From assembly GCA_039934515.1 (NCBI GenBank), contig JBDTLZ010000122.1, forward strand, positions 1,874-65,873: a stretch of DNA of 64,000 nucleotides, read 5' to 3'. Shown piece after piece: positions 29,387-39,446 of the stretch (position 1 is its first letter; each line of letters begins with the position of its first letter). The translations under genes and the position numbers were made by a program. The DNA comes from Ginsengibacter sp. GTDB taxonomy: Bacteria > Bacteroidota > Bacteroidia > Chitinophagales > Chitinophagaceae. The notes below the pieces were generated by a model. It was not told where the DNA came from. It did not search any database and saw only the letters and a list, made by a program, of their open reading frames with translations.

Positions 29387-30097
29387 ATGCAGTTACCATT
29401 TTTTTTTGAAGAAAATCCACCGGTTAACGATGAACTTATTTTAAGCGAAGAGAGTTCAAAGCATGTCGTACAGGTACTGCGAATGCGCGAATCAGGTCAA
29501 TTGCTTATTACTAACGGTAAGGGACAGGTGCTTACAGCTTTCATCATTGCAGCGGATAAAAGAAAGACGACGGTAAAAATAACAGGAAAAACTTTTGACC
29601 CCCGGCGTACCGGCAAAGTATCGATAGCAGTGTCACTTATAAAAAATAAAAGCCGGTTTGAATGGTTTTTAGAAAAGGCAACGGAGATAGGCGTTTCTGA
29701 AATTATACCCCTTATTTGTCAACGTACAGAAAAACAGCATTTCAAATATGAGCGGATGAACGCCATTTTGGTAAGTGCTATGTTGCAGTCGCAACAGGCA
29801 TGGCTACCCATAGTTCAGGAGCCTTTACATTTTGAAGACCTATTAAAATACCAGCATTCCCATAAATTTATTGCCCATTGCATAGAAGGTGAAAAGAGCC
29901 GATTGAATCGTGAATTGACCGGGAACGATAACAGCCTGCGAAACGACCTGGTCCTTATTGGCCCTGAAGGGGATTTTACGAAGGAAGAGGTTAAGGCAGC
30001 AATTCAACACAATTTTATCCCGGTAAGCCTCGGCGACACAAGGCTGAGAACAGAAACCGCAGCTTTAGTGGCTGCGGTCCTGCTTTTGAATAAATAA
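29387..30097 (+). CDS. rsmE: 16S rRNA m3U1498 methyltransferase
   Basis: HVVQVLRM, EKATEIGV, LIGPEGDF, LGDTRLRTETA. Likely start MQLPFF at 29387. Confidence 0.95.
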   Translation: MQLPFFFEENPPVNDELILSEESSKHVVQVLRMRESGQLLITNGKGQVLTAFIIAADKRKTTVKITGKTFDPRRTGKVSIAVSLIKNKSRFEWFLEKATEIGVSEIIPLICQRTEKQHFKYERMNAILVSAMLQSQQAWLPIVQEPLHFEDLLKYQHSHKFIAHCIEGEKSRLNRELTGNDNSLRNDLVLIGPEGDFTKEEVKAAIQHNFIPVSLGDTRLRTETAALVAAVLLLNK

Positions 30098-30118
30098 AAG
30101 TTGGTAGATATCTTTCTG

Positions 30119-30817
30119 TCATTCCTGTACTACCAGCCTGAAGCCGTTTCCATGAATATTCACTATTTCGATGCTTTGATCGTTTTTTAAATACTTACGA
30201 AGCTTGGCAATATAAACATCCATGCTGCGGCCATTAAAATACGTATCACTTCCCCAGATCTTTTTAAGGGCGGCTTCTCTTGGCAACAGATCGTTTTTAT
30301 ATTCGCACAACATCTTCAGCAGTTCATTTTCTTTTGGAGATAAAGTCTGCACATCCTTTCCAACGCCCAGTTGGCGTAGCCTCGGGTTAAAATGGTACTG
30401 CCCCAGATCATATTCGGCATTGACCTCTTCGCGATGCAACTCTTCATTGCGTTTTAAGATCGCTTTTATTTTATGAAGGAGAACGTCACTATCGAATGGC
30501 TTGGTAATATAATCATCTGCGCCCAGCTTATACCCCTTAATAATATCATCTTTCATCGTTTTTGCAGAGAGGAAGAATAAGGGCATATCCGGATCTACAT
30601 TCCTGATTTCTTCAGCAACAGTGAACCCGTCCATATTGGGCATCATCACATCGAGCAGGCATATATCAAATTTTTCCCTTTGAAAAGCAGCGAGCCCAAG
30701 CCTTCCATCCCTTTCCAGCACAACATCATAGTCGTTAAGCTCCAGGTAATTTTTAAGTACCATACCCAGGTTTGGATCGTCTTCACAAATTAGAATTTTA
30801 GGTTTTTTATTCTCCAT
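30119..30817 (-). CDS. OmpR-family response regulator, RprY-like; no adjacent kinase
   Basis: Receiver EDD...LDVMMP...KPF and winged helix RSMDVYIAKLRKYL...HGNGFRL. Confidence 0.92.
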   Translation of the reverse strand: MENKKPKILICEDDPNLGMVLKNYLELNDYDVVLERDGRLGLAAFQREKFDICLLDVMMPNMDGFTVAEEIRNVDPDMPLFFLSAKTMKDDIIKGYKLGADDYITKPFDSDVLLHKIKAILKRNEELHREEVNAEYDLGQYHFNPRLRQLGVGKDVQTLSPKENELLKMLCEYKNDLLPREAALKKIWGSDTYFNGRSMDVYIAKLRKYLKNDQSIEIVNIHGNGFRLVVQE

Positions 30818-30977
30818 AATAATTTTATATTTTTCCGAATAAAGATATTCAGTTTTTACGAAAATGGTTTAAGATAATTTAATATGACTGCTATTTACGG
30901 TAAATCCTGTATTTGAAAAGTTAAAACAATCTTATCATTTTCATTTTCACTTTTGTAACTTTCAAAAAATTAGCAAT

Positions 30978-32528
30978 ATGGCAAACAAAGCTTCATTTAT
31001 AGAAGTCATAAAAAACGGGTATACATTTAAAGGTGAAACTATCAAAATCGGTGCCGCTATGCTAGACGGAGAAGCAATACCTGAAGCTGAAATTTTTCTT
31101 CCGCTGAAAACAATGAACCGTCACGGGCTTGTTGCAGGCGCAACCGGCACAGGTAAAACCAAGTCGTTCCAGATGATTGCTGAAGGGCTGAGCGACGCGA
31201 GCATTCCGGTATTATTAATGGATATTAAAGGTGACCTGAGCGGGATTGGCGCGGCAGGATCAGTAAATGATAAAATTACCGGGCGATACCAAACGTTGAA
31301 AATGGCCTATCAGCCACAGGCATACCCGGTTGATCTCCTTACATTGAGTAAACAAAAAGGCGTAAGGCTCAGGGCAACGGTATCTGAGTTCGGCCCGGTG
31401 CTTCTTGCAAAGATTTTAGAATTAAATGATACACAGGGAGGCGTTGTCGCCATGATCTTCAAATATTGTGATGATTATAAATTGCCCTTGCTTGACCTGA
31501 AAGATTTTATCAAAGTACTGCAATATGTAGGCAATGAAGGAAAAGCAGAATTGCAATCGACTTATGGAAATATTTCAACTACATCGACAGGGACGATTTT
31601 GAGAAAAGTGATAGAATTGCAGCAACAGGGTGCTGATATTTTTTTTGGTGAGAAAAGTTTTGAAGTAGAGGATCTGATGAGGATAAGTGATGACGGGCGT
31701 GGTATGATAAGTGTTTTACGGGTTACAGACCTGCAGGATAAGCCCAAGCTTTTTTCAACGTTTATGCTTCAAATGCTTGCAGAATTATATGCCGTATGTC
31801 CTGAGGAGGGGGATCTTGACAAACCCAAGCTTATCATTTTTATTGATGAGGCGCACCTTATTTTCCAGGAGGCAAGTAAAGCCCTGCTTGAGCAGATCGA
31901 GACGATCATTAAACTAATCAGGTCGAAAGGAGTTGGAATTTATTTCTGCACCCAAAATCCCATGGATGTTCCGGCGGGCGTATTGGGTCAATTGGGTTTA
32001 AAAATACAACACGCGTTAAGGGCTTTTACAGCGGCCGACAGAACTGTAATTAAACAGACCGCTCAAAATTATCCGGAGACCACTTTTTATAAGACCGAAG
32101 ACCTCATAACTCAATTGGGTATCGGAGAAGCGCTGGTAACCATTTTAAATGAAAAAGGGATTCCCACACCCCTCGCCCATGTTATGATGCTCACACCAAA
32201 GAGCAGGATGGATGTGCTTACTGACAGCGAGATTGATACCATTGCCAGTCATTCAAAACTCGTGGCGAAATACAACCAGGAAATAGACAGTAACAGTGCT
32301 TATGAAATGCTTACGGCTAAATTGCAGGAAGCTGCAGCGGCTACCACGGCCGCGGCACCTGTTTCACAAAAAGCTGCCAGGCCCGAAGAAAGTACTTTTG
32401 AAAAAGTGGCCAATAATACAATTGTAAAAAGTATGATGCGAACAGCCGGAACTACCATTGTAAGAAGCCTGCTGGGCTCGCTCGGTCTTGGTGGAAGAAG
32501 TAAAAGCGGTACAAAGAGCTGGTTCTGA
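30978..32528 (+). CDS. HerA-like P-loop ATPase (DUF853/YjgR family)
   Basis: NRHGLVAGATGTGKT, DIKGDLSG, FIDEAHL, LIRSKGVG, QHALRAFT. Confidence 0.9.
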   Translation: MANKASFIEVIKNGYTFKGETIKIGAAMLDGEAIPEAEIFLPLKTMNRHGLVAGATGTGKTKSFQMIAEGLSDASIPVLLMDIKGDLSGIGAAGSVNDKITGRYQTLKMAYQPQAYPVDLLTLSKQKGVRLRATVSEFGPVLLAKILELNDTQGGVVAMIFKYCDDYKLPLLDLKDFIKVLQYVGNEGKAELQSTYGNISTTSTGTILRKVIELQQQGADIFFGEKSFEVEDLMRISDDGRGMISVLRVTDLQDKPKLFSTFMLQMLAELYAVCPEEGDLDKPKLIIFIDEAHLIFQEASKALLEQIETIIKLIRSKGVGIYFCTQNPMDVPAGVLGQLGLKIQHALRAFTAADRTVIKQTAQNYPETTFYKTEDLITQLGIGEALVTILNEKGIPTPLAHVMMLTPKSRMDVLTDSEIDTIASHSKLVAKYNQEIDSNSAYEMLTAKLQEAAAATTAAAPVSQKAARPEESTFEKVANNTIVKSMMRTAGTTIVRSLLGSLGLGGRSKSGTKSWF

Positions 32529-32769
32529 TATTCCTGTCAAAAATAGGAACCATTAATAAACGCACACAAATAATTCGGCTGCTGCCCATAAATTCTTCAA
32601 TAAGCGTTCTTTTTCTCCATAGTGCCTTTAAACTGAAAGAGTTAGCAATGAATGCCTAATACTCAACAGAATCTACCATTAACTAAGTTGGTATCGTAGA
32701 AACACTCGATTTTTCAAAAATCTGTGAAAAAATCTTGCTTAATAGTAATTTCCACATTATCTTCGTCTC

Positions 32770-32832
32770 GGTTTTTCATAGGATATTGGATTTTAAAGCG
32801 GGACTAGATTTCTATCTGGGTCCCTTTTTTTT
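32770..32832 (+). ncRNA. Candidate small RNA bounded by a promoter and a terminator
   Basis: TTG (32735) plus TATCTTCG (32758-32765) upstream. GGGACTAGAT/ATCTGGGTCCC hairpin plus T8 downstream. No ORF in between. Confidence 0.45.
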
Positions 32833-32866
32833 ATAGTCTTTTTTTCACCTTCTTTTGACCCCGGGT

Positions 32867-34774
32867 TCAGGATTTTAGTTTAATTAAACCATCTTCGGTA
32901 ATTGATACCTGGTTCTCTTCCTGTAAAAAATTTAATATCTTCCGGATCTTCGTTTCTTTAAATTCTTTCATATTAAAAAATAATTGTTCGGAATTCAACG
33001 GCCTTATGGAGATGGCATTCTCGATCCCTTCCCTGATTTTTTCAAATTCCATCGTTGATATTGTAATTTTTTTATCCCGCAGGCAATTGTCACACACGTT
33101 ACAACGCGCCACGGTGGTATCATTGAAATACCCCGCTATCATCTGGCTCCTGCAGGTATTTTGATTCCTGATAAAATTGAGCATTGCCGTAAGCCTCTTT
33201 TCAAATGCAAGTTTTCTTTTTAAAACATGTTTTTCATTTATTAGCAAATCGGCGGCATTTACCCGGTCCCGGAGAAATAATATTTGTGGCTTTTCCTTTT
33301 GTGGAGAATAATCGATAATGCCTAAGCGCTGAATCTCTTTTAAATCTGAAATAAGTTTTTCTTTCTTTACAGGGATAAATTTTGCAAGACTGCCTTCCTG
33401 GATAACGCATGGGTAATCGAAGATCCCTTCATAAGACCGCAGCAGCCCCTTTATTAATGGCCCAAATTGAGGATAGGTTTGATCAAATAATTCCAGTGCA
33501 GTTTTTTCGGTTGTGAAAACGACTGTAGATGGCGAAAAGAACTGGTCACTATAACTTATCAGTTCTTCCTGTTCGAGTATTTTCAAAACATTATTTACGA
33601 CAAATGCGTCCAGCTTAAACTTCAAGACAAAATCGTTTATATCAAAATCAAATGAAAGCCCTTCGCCCGTACCTGATGGCAATTGGAAATAATTAACCAA
33701 TGAGCTGTATGTTTTTTTTATCGTTTGCAAATCAGGAAACCTTATTGCCGGTTGTTTTTTCAAAGAGGTAATTTCCTGTTCATTAAAAAAAAGAACGGCA
33801 TAAGCTTTTTTTTCATCTCTCCCCGCGCGGCCGGCTTCCTGGTAATAATTTTCAAGTGCATCCGGCACATCATAATGTATAACGGTTCTCACGTCGGGCT
33901 TGTCAATACCCATTCCAAAAGCATTTGTACAAGTAATAATGCGGGTTTTATTATTTATCCAGTCTTCCTGTCTGGTGGTACGCATTTCGTTGGAAAGCCC
34001 CGCATGGTAATGCGCCGCGTCGATGCCGTTTAGGTTAAGGAGTTCTTCAATCTCCCTGGTTCTTTTGCGGCTTTTGCAATATACAATACCACTTCCCTGC
34101 ACTTTTTTCAGGATCTCGATAAGCCTGGTTTGTTTTGAAGACGGTTCAAAAACACTGTAGGAAAGATTTCGTCTTTCGAAGGACTGCTGGAAGCAATTTT
34201 GATTTGTAAAGGCCAGTTTGTTACAGATATCATTTTGCACTTCAAGGGTTGCGGATGCTGTAAGGGCTAAAACGGGAACGTTCTTTATATGTTCGCGGAT
34301 CGCGGCAATGCGGAGATATGGTGGCCTGAAATCATAGCCCCATTGGGAAACGCAATGTGCTTCATCAACTGCGATAAGGTTAATTGAAAGAACAGGCAGG
34401 TATTCTAAAAATAATTCGCTGCCAAGTCTTTCCGGGGATACATATAAAAATTTAAAATTCCCATAGGCCGCATTCCTGAGGGTTTTTGTTACCTCTATAT
34501 AACTCATTCCTGAGTAAATAGACAGCGCCGGGATTCCTTTCTTTTTTAAATTGGTAACCTGGTCTTTCATCAAAGCAACCAGCGGACTTATTACAAGGCA
34601 CAACCCGTTGCGCATCATTGCCGGAACCTGGAAACAAATTGACTTGCCTCCCCCGGTGGGCATCAACGCAAGTGTATCATGACCCGTTATTACAGAATTA
34701 ATAATTTCCTGTTGCAGCGGCCTGAAAAAATCATAACCCCAATATTTCTTTAATACCTCAACCGGGCTTTGCAT
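32867..34774 (-). CDS. recQ: RecQ-family ATP-dependent DNA helicase
   Basis: MPTGGGKSICFQ, DEAHCVSQWGYDFRP, AFGMGIDK, QEAGRAGRD and RQC Zn CR...CNVCDNC. No obvious HRDC domain. Confidence 0.93.
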   Translation of the reverse strand: MQSPVEVLKKYWGYDFFRPLQQEIINSVITGHDTLALMPTGGGKSICFQVPAMMRNGLCLVISPLVALMKDQVTNLKKKGIPALSIYSGMSYIEVTKTLRNAAYGNFKFLYVSPERLGSELFLEYLPVLSINLIAVDEAHCVSQWGYDFRPPYLRIAAIREHIKNVPVLALTASATLEVQNDICNKLAFTNQNCFQQSFERRNLSYSVFEPSSKQTRLIEILKKVQGSGIVYCKSRKRTREIEELLNLNGIDAAHYHAGLSNEMRTTRQEDWINNKTRIITCTNAFGMGIDKPDVRTVIHYDVPDALENYYQEAGRAGRDEKKAYAVLFFNEQEITSLKKQPAIRFPDLQTIKKTYSSLVNYFQLPSGTGEGLSFDFDINDFVLKFKLDAFVVNNVLKILEQEELISYSDQFFSPSTVVFTTEKTALELFDQTYPQFGPLIKGLLRSYEGIFDYPCVIQEGSLAKFIPVKKEKLISDLKEIQRLGIIDYSPQKEKPQILFLRDRVNAADLLINEKHVLKRKLAFEKRLTAMLNFIRNQNTCRSQMIAGYFNDTTVARCNVCDNCLRDKKITISTMEFEKIREGIENAISIRPLNSEQLFFNMKEFKETKIRKILNFLQEENQVSITEDGLIKLKS

Positions 34775-34841
34775 AAAGTAAAAAATTCATTTTACATAAC
34801 CTTACAGCCTTAATACTATTTTTACAAAAACTGTGCGGGTA

Positions 34842-35261
34842 ATGGAAATTGTTTATGATCTTGAAGATATTGGAAATGCGGCAAATGAGTTTCTTGAATA
34901 TTGCAATGGGTATCGCGTGTTTGCATTTACAGGAGAACTGGGCGCTGGTAAAACTACTTTTATAAGTTCCATTTGCGCGCAGCTTGGAGTTAAAGAAATC
35001 GTTACCAGTCCTACCTATGCACTTATACAGGAATATCATTTTGCAAAAGACGATAGCATTTTACACATAGATCTGTACCGGCTGAAAAATATAGAGGAAG
35101 CCATAGAAGCCGGAGTTGAAGATTGCCTGTTCAGTGATAAGATGTGTATGGTCGAATGGCCTGAAAGAGCAATGTTGCTCTTTCCTCCGGAAACGGTGTA
35201 TGCTAATTTGCACCTGCTTTCTGCGAATATGCGAAAAATGATTGTTCAACTTCCCCAATAA
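34842..35261 (+). CDS. tsaE: tRNA t6A biosynthesis ATPase TsaE
   Basis: GELGAGKTT, VTSPTY, HIDLYRL, VEWPE. Confidence 0.95.
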   Translation: MEIVYDLEDIGNAANEFLEYCNGYRVFAFTGELGAGKTTFISSICAQLGVKEIVTSPTYALIQEYHFAKDDSILHIDLYRLKNIEEAIEAGVEDCLFSDKMCMVEWPERAMLLFPPETVYANLHLLSANMRKMIVQLPQ

Positions 35262-35301
35262 AAAATTATTTTTATAGTACTTTTCATTGTAATAAAAATA
35301 C

Positions 35302-36516
35302 ATGGCAACTTCGAAACCTTTTGTTTCCCCTTCATTCACCTACGAAACTCTTGAAGAGACACTGGATGTTAAACCTAAAAGGGTCGAATTATTCATCGGG
35401 ATACCCAGGGAAACTTCTTTCCAGGAAAACAGGATATCGCTTACGCCGGAAGCTGTAAGTGTACTCGTGGCCAATGGCCACAGGGTCGTTATGGAGAGCA
35501 AAGCAGGAGTAGGTGCAAGTTATTCTGACAGGGATTACAGCGAATGCGGGGCTAAGATCGTAAACAATAAAAAGAGCGTATTTGAGTGTGACATCGTAGT
35601 GAAAAGCGCACCGGTATGTGAGGAAGAACTGGACATGCTGAAGCACCACCAGTTCATTATCTCTCCTATCCATGTTTCAGTTATGAAGAAGGAGATACTG
35701 GAAAAAATGATTGAAAAAAAGATCACTGCACTCAGTTTTGAAAATTTAAAAGATGATAGCGGCCACAACCCGATCGTGCGCAGCATGAGTGAAATAGCAG
35801 GTAGCGCTGTGATGCTCATTGCAGGGCAATACCTTAGCAATGCCAATAATGGAAAGGGTGTGCTGGTGGGCGGTATCTCAGGTATTCCCCCAACAAAAGT
35901 TATCATTATAGGTGCAGGGATTGTGGGCGAGCAGGCTGCACGCACAGCATTGGCTATGGGTGCCAGTGTAAAAGTTTTTGACAACAGCATTTACCGGTTA
36001 AAACGGTTGCAAAACAATATAGGTGTGCGTTTATACACTTCCGTTATAGAACCCGGAATTTTGTCAAAACAATTAAAAACCTGTGATGTAGCTGTAGGTG
36101 CTTTATCTTCTTCAGGGGGCCGTACCCCTGTCGTTGTTACCGAAGAGATGGTGAGTAAAATGCGCCCGGGAAGCGTTATAGTGGATGTTAGTATCGATCA
36201 TGGAGGCTGCTTTGAAACTTCATCTATCACTTCTCATAAAACCCCGGTTTTCAGAAAATATGATGTAATTCATTATTGCGTGCCAAATATCCCCAGTGGC
36301 TTTGCGCGTACCGCATCGCAATCGATAAGCAATGTATTAATGCCTTTAATGCTTGAAATGGCCGATGATGGTGGTTTTGAAAACCTGGTATGGTATAAAA
36401 TAAATATTCGCAGCGGTATTTATTTATTCAAAGGCGCTCTTACCAATTTTCACCTCAGCGAACGCTTTGATCTAAAGTTTACTGATTTGAATTTATTGAT
36501 CGCCAGCAGCCGGTAA
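35302..36516 (+). CDS. Alanine dehydrogenase-family protein
   Basis: IGIPRE...ENRISLTP, MSEIAG, Rossmann GAGIVG, DVSIDHGGCFETS, HYCVPNIP. Confidence 0.85.
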   Translation: MATSKPFVSPSFTYETLEETLDVKPKRVELFIGIPRETSFQENRISLTPEAVSVLVANGHRVVMESKAGVGASYSDRDYSECGAKIVNNKKSVFECDIVVKSAPVCEEELDMLKHHQFIISPIHVSVMKKEILEKMIEKKITALSFENLKDDSGHNPIVRSMSEIAGSAVMLIAGQYLSNANNGKGVLVGGISGIPPTKVIIIGAGIVGEQAARTALAMGASVKVFDNSIYRLKRLQNNIGVRLYTSVIEPGILSKQLKTCDVAVGALSSSGGRTPVVVTEEMVSKMRPGSVIVDVSIDHGGCFETSSITSHKTPVFRKYDVIHYCVPNIPSGFARTASQSISNVLMPLMLEMADDGGFENLVWYKINIRSGIYLFKGALTNFHLSERFDLKFTDLNLLIASSR

Positions 36517-36540
36517 TGTATTTTTATCGCCCTGCGCACG

Positions 36541-37158
36541 TCATTTATAATTCAGCATATTAATGGATTCCCCGCAAAAAGCATATTCTTCTTTATCATT
36601 GCTGCTGATTATTACAAGCCGTTGCATACAATAATTTTCTACCAGGTCTTTATACAGCCTCATCCCCTCTTCGTCAAGATTGGTCGCAGGCTCATCCAGC
36701 AGTACTACGGGCACATTACTGAAAATAGCCTGTGCGAGCTTAACCCGTTGTTTCATCCCGCTGCTGAAATAACGGAGTTGCTTATGCGCAGATGTTCCCA
36801 GGCCCGATAAAGCAATAATCTGATTTGTATCAAGCGGTGAGATCCATCCTTTCATTTTATGGTGAAAATGTAGAAATTCAAGGAGGGTCATTTCTTCAAC
36901 AAGGTCAAGGTAGGGCGCTGAGTAGGCAATTTTCTGAAAGATCTTCTCGTGTTCAATGGTTGAATGTTCCTGCCTGTAAACGATGGCTCCTTCATTGTAC
37001 ATAGCGGATCCTGCGATAATTTGTAATAAGGTGGATTTACCCGATCCGTTAGGCCCGGTTATCGCATATTGCTTATTTATATCAAACTCGAAATTTAAGT
37101 TCCGGAAAATCCATTCCCTGTTATAGCGTTTACCGAGGTTGGTAAGCTTAATATTCAT
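36541..37158 (-). CDS. Stand-alone ABC ATP-binding protein
   Basis: GPNGSGKST, FSSGMKQR, LLDEP. Overlaps the lpxA stop codon. Confidence 0.9.
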   Translation of the reverse strand: MNIKLTNLGKRYNREWIFRNLNFEFDINKQYAITGPNGSGKSTLLQIIAGSAMYNEGAIVYRQEHSTIEHEKIFQKIAYSAPYLDLVEEMTLLEFLHFHHKMKGWISPLDTNQIIALSGLGTSAHKQLRYFSSGMKQRVKLAQAIFSNVPVVLLDEPATNLDEEGMRLYKDLVENYCMQRLVIISSNDKEEYAFCGESINMLNYK

Positions 37159-37945
37159 CGCTGATTTCTTTGGCAGAAACTTTCAAAATACCCCGTTTAC
37201 TTTCCCTGATGAATTTGATGATCTGGTTTTTTTCTTCAGTTTCCGGCAATTCTTTTTCAATGAATTCAGTTGCCTGGGTGGTATTTAAACCGCGGGTGTA
37301 AATGTTGCGGTATATTTCAAGGATGCTATTTATTTTTTCTGAAGTAAAGCCTCTTCTTTGCAAGCCGACAGAATTGACACCTACGTAGCTCAGCGGTGTG
37401 CGTCCTGCCTTAATGAACGGAGGTACGTCTTTGATAATTTCGGTGCCACCCGCGATATAGCAATGTGCTCCAATCTTGGAGAACTGAATAGCCGCGGCCA
37501 TACCACCTATAATTGCATAATCCCCAATTTCCACGTGGCCGGCAAGTTGCACAGAATTAGCAATAATTACATGATCTCCCAAAATACAATCGTGGGCGAT
37601 ATGACAGTAGGCCATTAGCAGGCAATTGCTGCCAACGACCGTTTTCCATTTGTCTTTTGTGCCCCTGTTTACGGTAACGAATTCTCTTATGGTAGTGTTA
37701 TTTCCTATTTCAACAAAGGTCTCTTCGCCGTCAAATTTCAGATCCTGGGGAATGGCTCCTAAAACAGCTGAAGGGAAAATATTACAGGAATTACCGATAA
37801 CTGTATCTCTCATAATAACCACATGCGACATAATGTGTGAGCCGTCGCCGATAACGACTCCATCTTCCACAACCGCAAAAGGATCAATTGTTACATTTTT
37901 TCCTATCACCGCAGCAGGATGAATATGTGCAAGTGGGCTAATCAT
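37148..37945 (-). CDS. lpxA: UDP-N-acetylglucosamine O-acyltransferase
   Basis: Hexapeptide repeats, PQDLKF, IREFVTVNRGT, HIAHDC. Confidence 0.96.
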   Translation of the reverse strand: MISPLAHIHPAAVIGKNVTIDPFAVVEDGVVIGDGSHIMSHVVIMRDTVIGNSCNIFPSAVLGAIPQDLKFDGEETFVEIGNNTTIREFVTVNRGTKDKWKTVVGSNCLLMAYCHIAHDCILGDHVIIANSVQLAGHVEIGDYAIIGGMAAAIQFSKIGAHCYIAGGTEIIKDVPPFIKAGRTPLSYVGVNSVGLQRRGFTSEKINSILEIYRNIYTRGLNTTQATEFIEKELPETEEKNQIIKFIRESKRGILKVSAKEISDEY

Positions 37946-37947
37946 AA

Positions 37948-39366
37948 TCAGGCTTTAGGTCTTTTTACTATTTGTGCAATCAATATGGCTTCCGTAACAA
38001 CTTTATCACCAACATACACCGTACCACGCATTTCGCAGATCCCCCTGCGTATCGGATGCATCAGTTCCATTTTTAATATCAATGTATCACCGGGCACAAC
38101 TTTTTGCTTGAATTTACAATTATCAATTTTGAGAAAATAAGTATCATATTTATCTTCCGTATTCCTGGGAATTGCTATAAATCCGCCTGCCTGGGCAAGC
38201 GCTTCAGCAAGCAATACTCCCGGCATTACGGAGTTGCCTGGAAAATGCCCCTGGAAAAATGGCTCGTTATAGGTAACATTCTTAATGGCTACGACATGTG
38301 TATCGGTGAGTTCAATTATTTTATCAACCATCAGGAAAGGGTACCTGTGGGGTAACGTTCTTTCAATTTCCTGGATGTCTAAAAGCGGTGGTAGATTAGG
38401 ATCATATTTTGGAATATCCTGCCGGTGCTTATACCTCTTTATATGCTCTTTTATTTTTTTTGCAAATTTTATGTTGGAAGAATGTCCCGGCCTGTTTGCA
38501 ATAATGTGCGCCTTGAAAGGATAGCCAACAAGGGCCAGGTCACCTACAACATCCAGCAATTTATGCCTGGCAGGTTCATTGGGGAAACGCAGCGTAAGGT
38601 TATTGAGAATTCCCGCTTCGCTCACCTGCACATCTTCTTTATGAAAAATTTTTGATATGCGTTCCACCTGGTCTTTTGTTACCGGCTTGTCAACGACTAC
38701 TATTGCATTGTTTATATCGCCACCTTTTATAAGATCGTTGGCAATAAGAAGCTCCAGTTCATGAAAAAAACAAAATGTGCGGCTTGGTGCGATTTCCTTT
38801 TGAAAATCCGCAATATTGCGCAGGTCGGCGTGTTGGGTGCCAAGCACCGGTGAATTAAAATCAATCAGGGTATTAATGCGATATCCATCATAGGGCAAGG
38901 CAACCATCTCTACCTTTTTCTCTTCATCAACAAAACTAATGTTGTGCTGAATGGTATAATAGATTTTAGCGGCATCCTGTTTTTTAACACCCCCTTTGGA
39001 AAGATGTTCAATAAAAAGCTGTGAACTGCCATCCAATATGGGTACTTCTTCCCCATCTATTTCAACAAGGACGTTGTCAATCTGCATGCCTGTTAAGGCC
39101 GCCATCATGTGTTCAATTGTTCCTACCCGTGCTCCATTGTATTCGATGGTTGTGCTGCGGTTTGTTTCAATTACATTATCAACGTCTGCTTTTACAATGG
39201 GCTTACCCGGAAGATCTGTTCTTTGAAAGTTAATGCCAGTATTGGGTTCAGCCGGTTTAACCCGCATGGTTACGGATTGGCCGGTGTGAATGCCAGCTCC
39301 GGAAATGACAACTTCTTCGTTTATGGTGTGTTGAAAATATCCGTTTTTAGAATTCAATGGCTCCAT
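37948..39366 (-). CDS. lpxC: Bifunctional LpxC deacetylase / FabZ dehydratase
   Basis: GIHTG, TIEH, RHKLLDVVGDL (LpxC) fused to LPHRYPFLMVD and FFQGHFP (FabZ). Confidence 0.96.
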   Translation of the reverse strand: MEPLNSKNGYFQHTINEEVVISGAGIHTGQSVTMRVKPAEPNTGINFQRTDLPGKPIVKADVDNVIETNRSTTIEYNGARVGTIEHMMAALTGMQIDNVLVEIDGEEVPILDGSSQLFIEHLSKGGVKKQDAAKIYYTIQHNISFVDEEKKVEMVALPYDGYRINTLIDFNSPVLGTQHADLRNIADFQKEIAPSRTFCFFHELELLIANDLIKGGDINNAIVVVDKPVTKDQVERISKIFHKEDVQVSEAGILNNLTLRFPNEPARHKLLDVVGDLALVGYPFKAHIIANRPGHSSNIKFAKKIKEHIKRYKHRQDIPKYDPNLPPLLDIQEIERTLPHRYPFLMVDKIIELTDTHVVAIKNVTYNEPFFQGHFPGNSVMPGVLLAEALAQAGGFIAIPRNTEDKYDTYFLKIDNCKFKQKVVPGDTLILKMELMHPIRRGICEMRGTVYVGDKVVTEAILIAQIVKRPKA

Positions 39367-39446
39367 AAATACGAAAGTATGAAAACTATTGCTTTTAAAA
39401 ACTTCAGTTCAACAGGGAAATTTTAAAGGAGATAGTAAAGGTTTAC

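Noticed and set aside
30978-32528. HerA-like ATPase as an anti-phage module
   Set aside because: It matches the DUF853/YjgR type and has no adjacent nuclease or Sir2 partner.
32672-32703. TCTAC...GTAGA dyad resembling a Cas12a repeat stem
   Set aside because: Single copy with the wrong loop length, no spacers and no cas genes.
37948-39366. LpxC-FabZ fusion as a novelty
   Set aside because: This fusion is standard in Bacteroidota.
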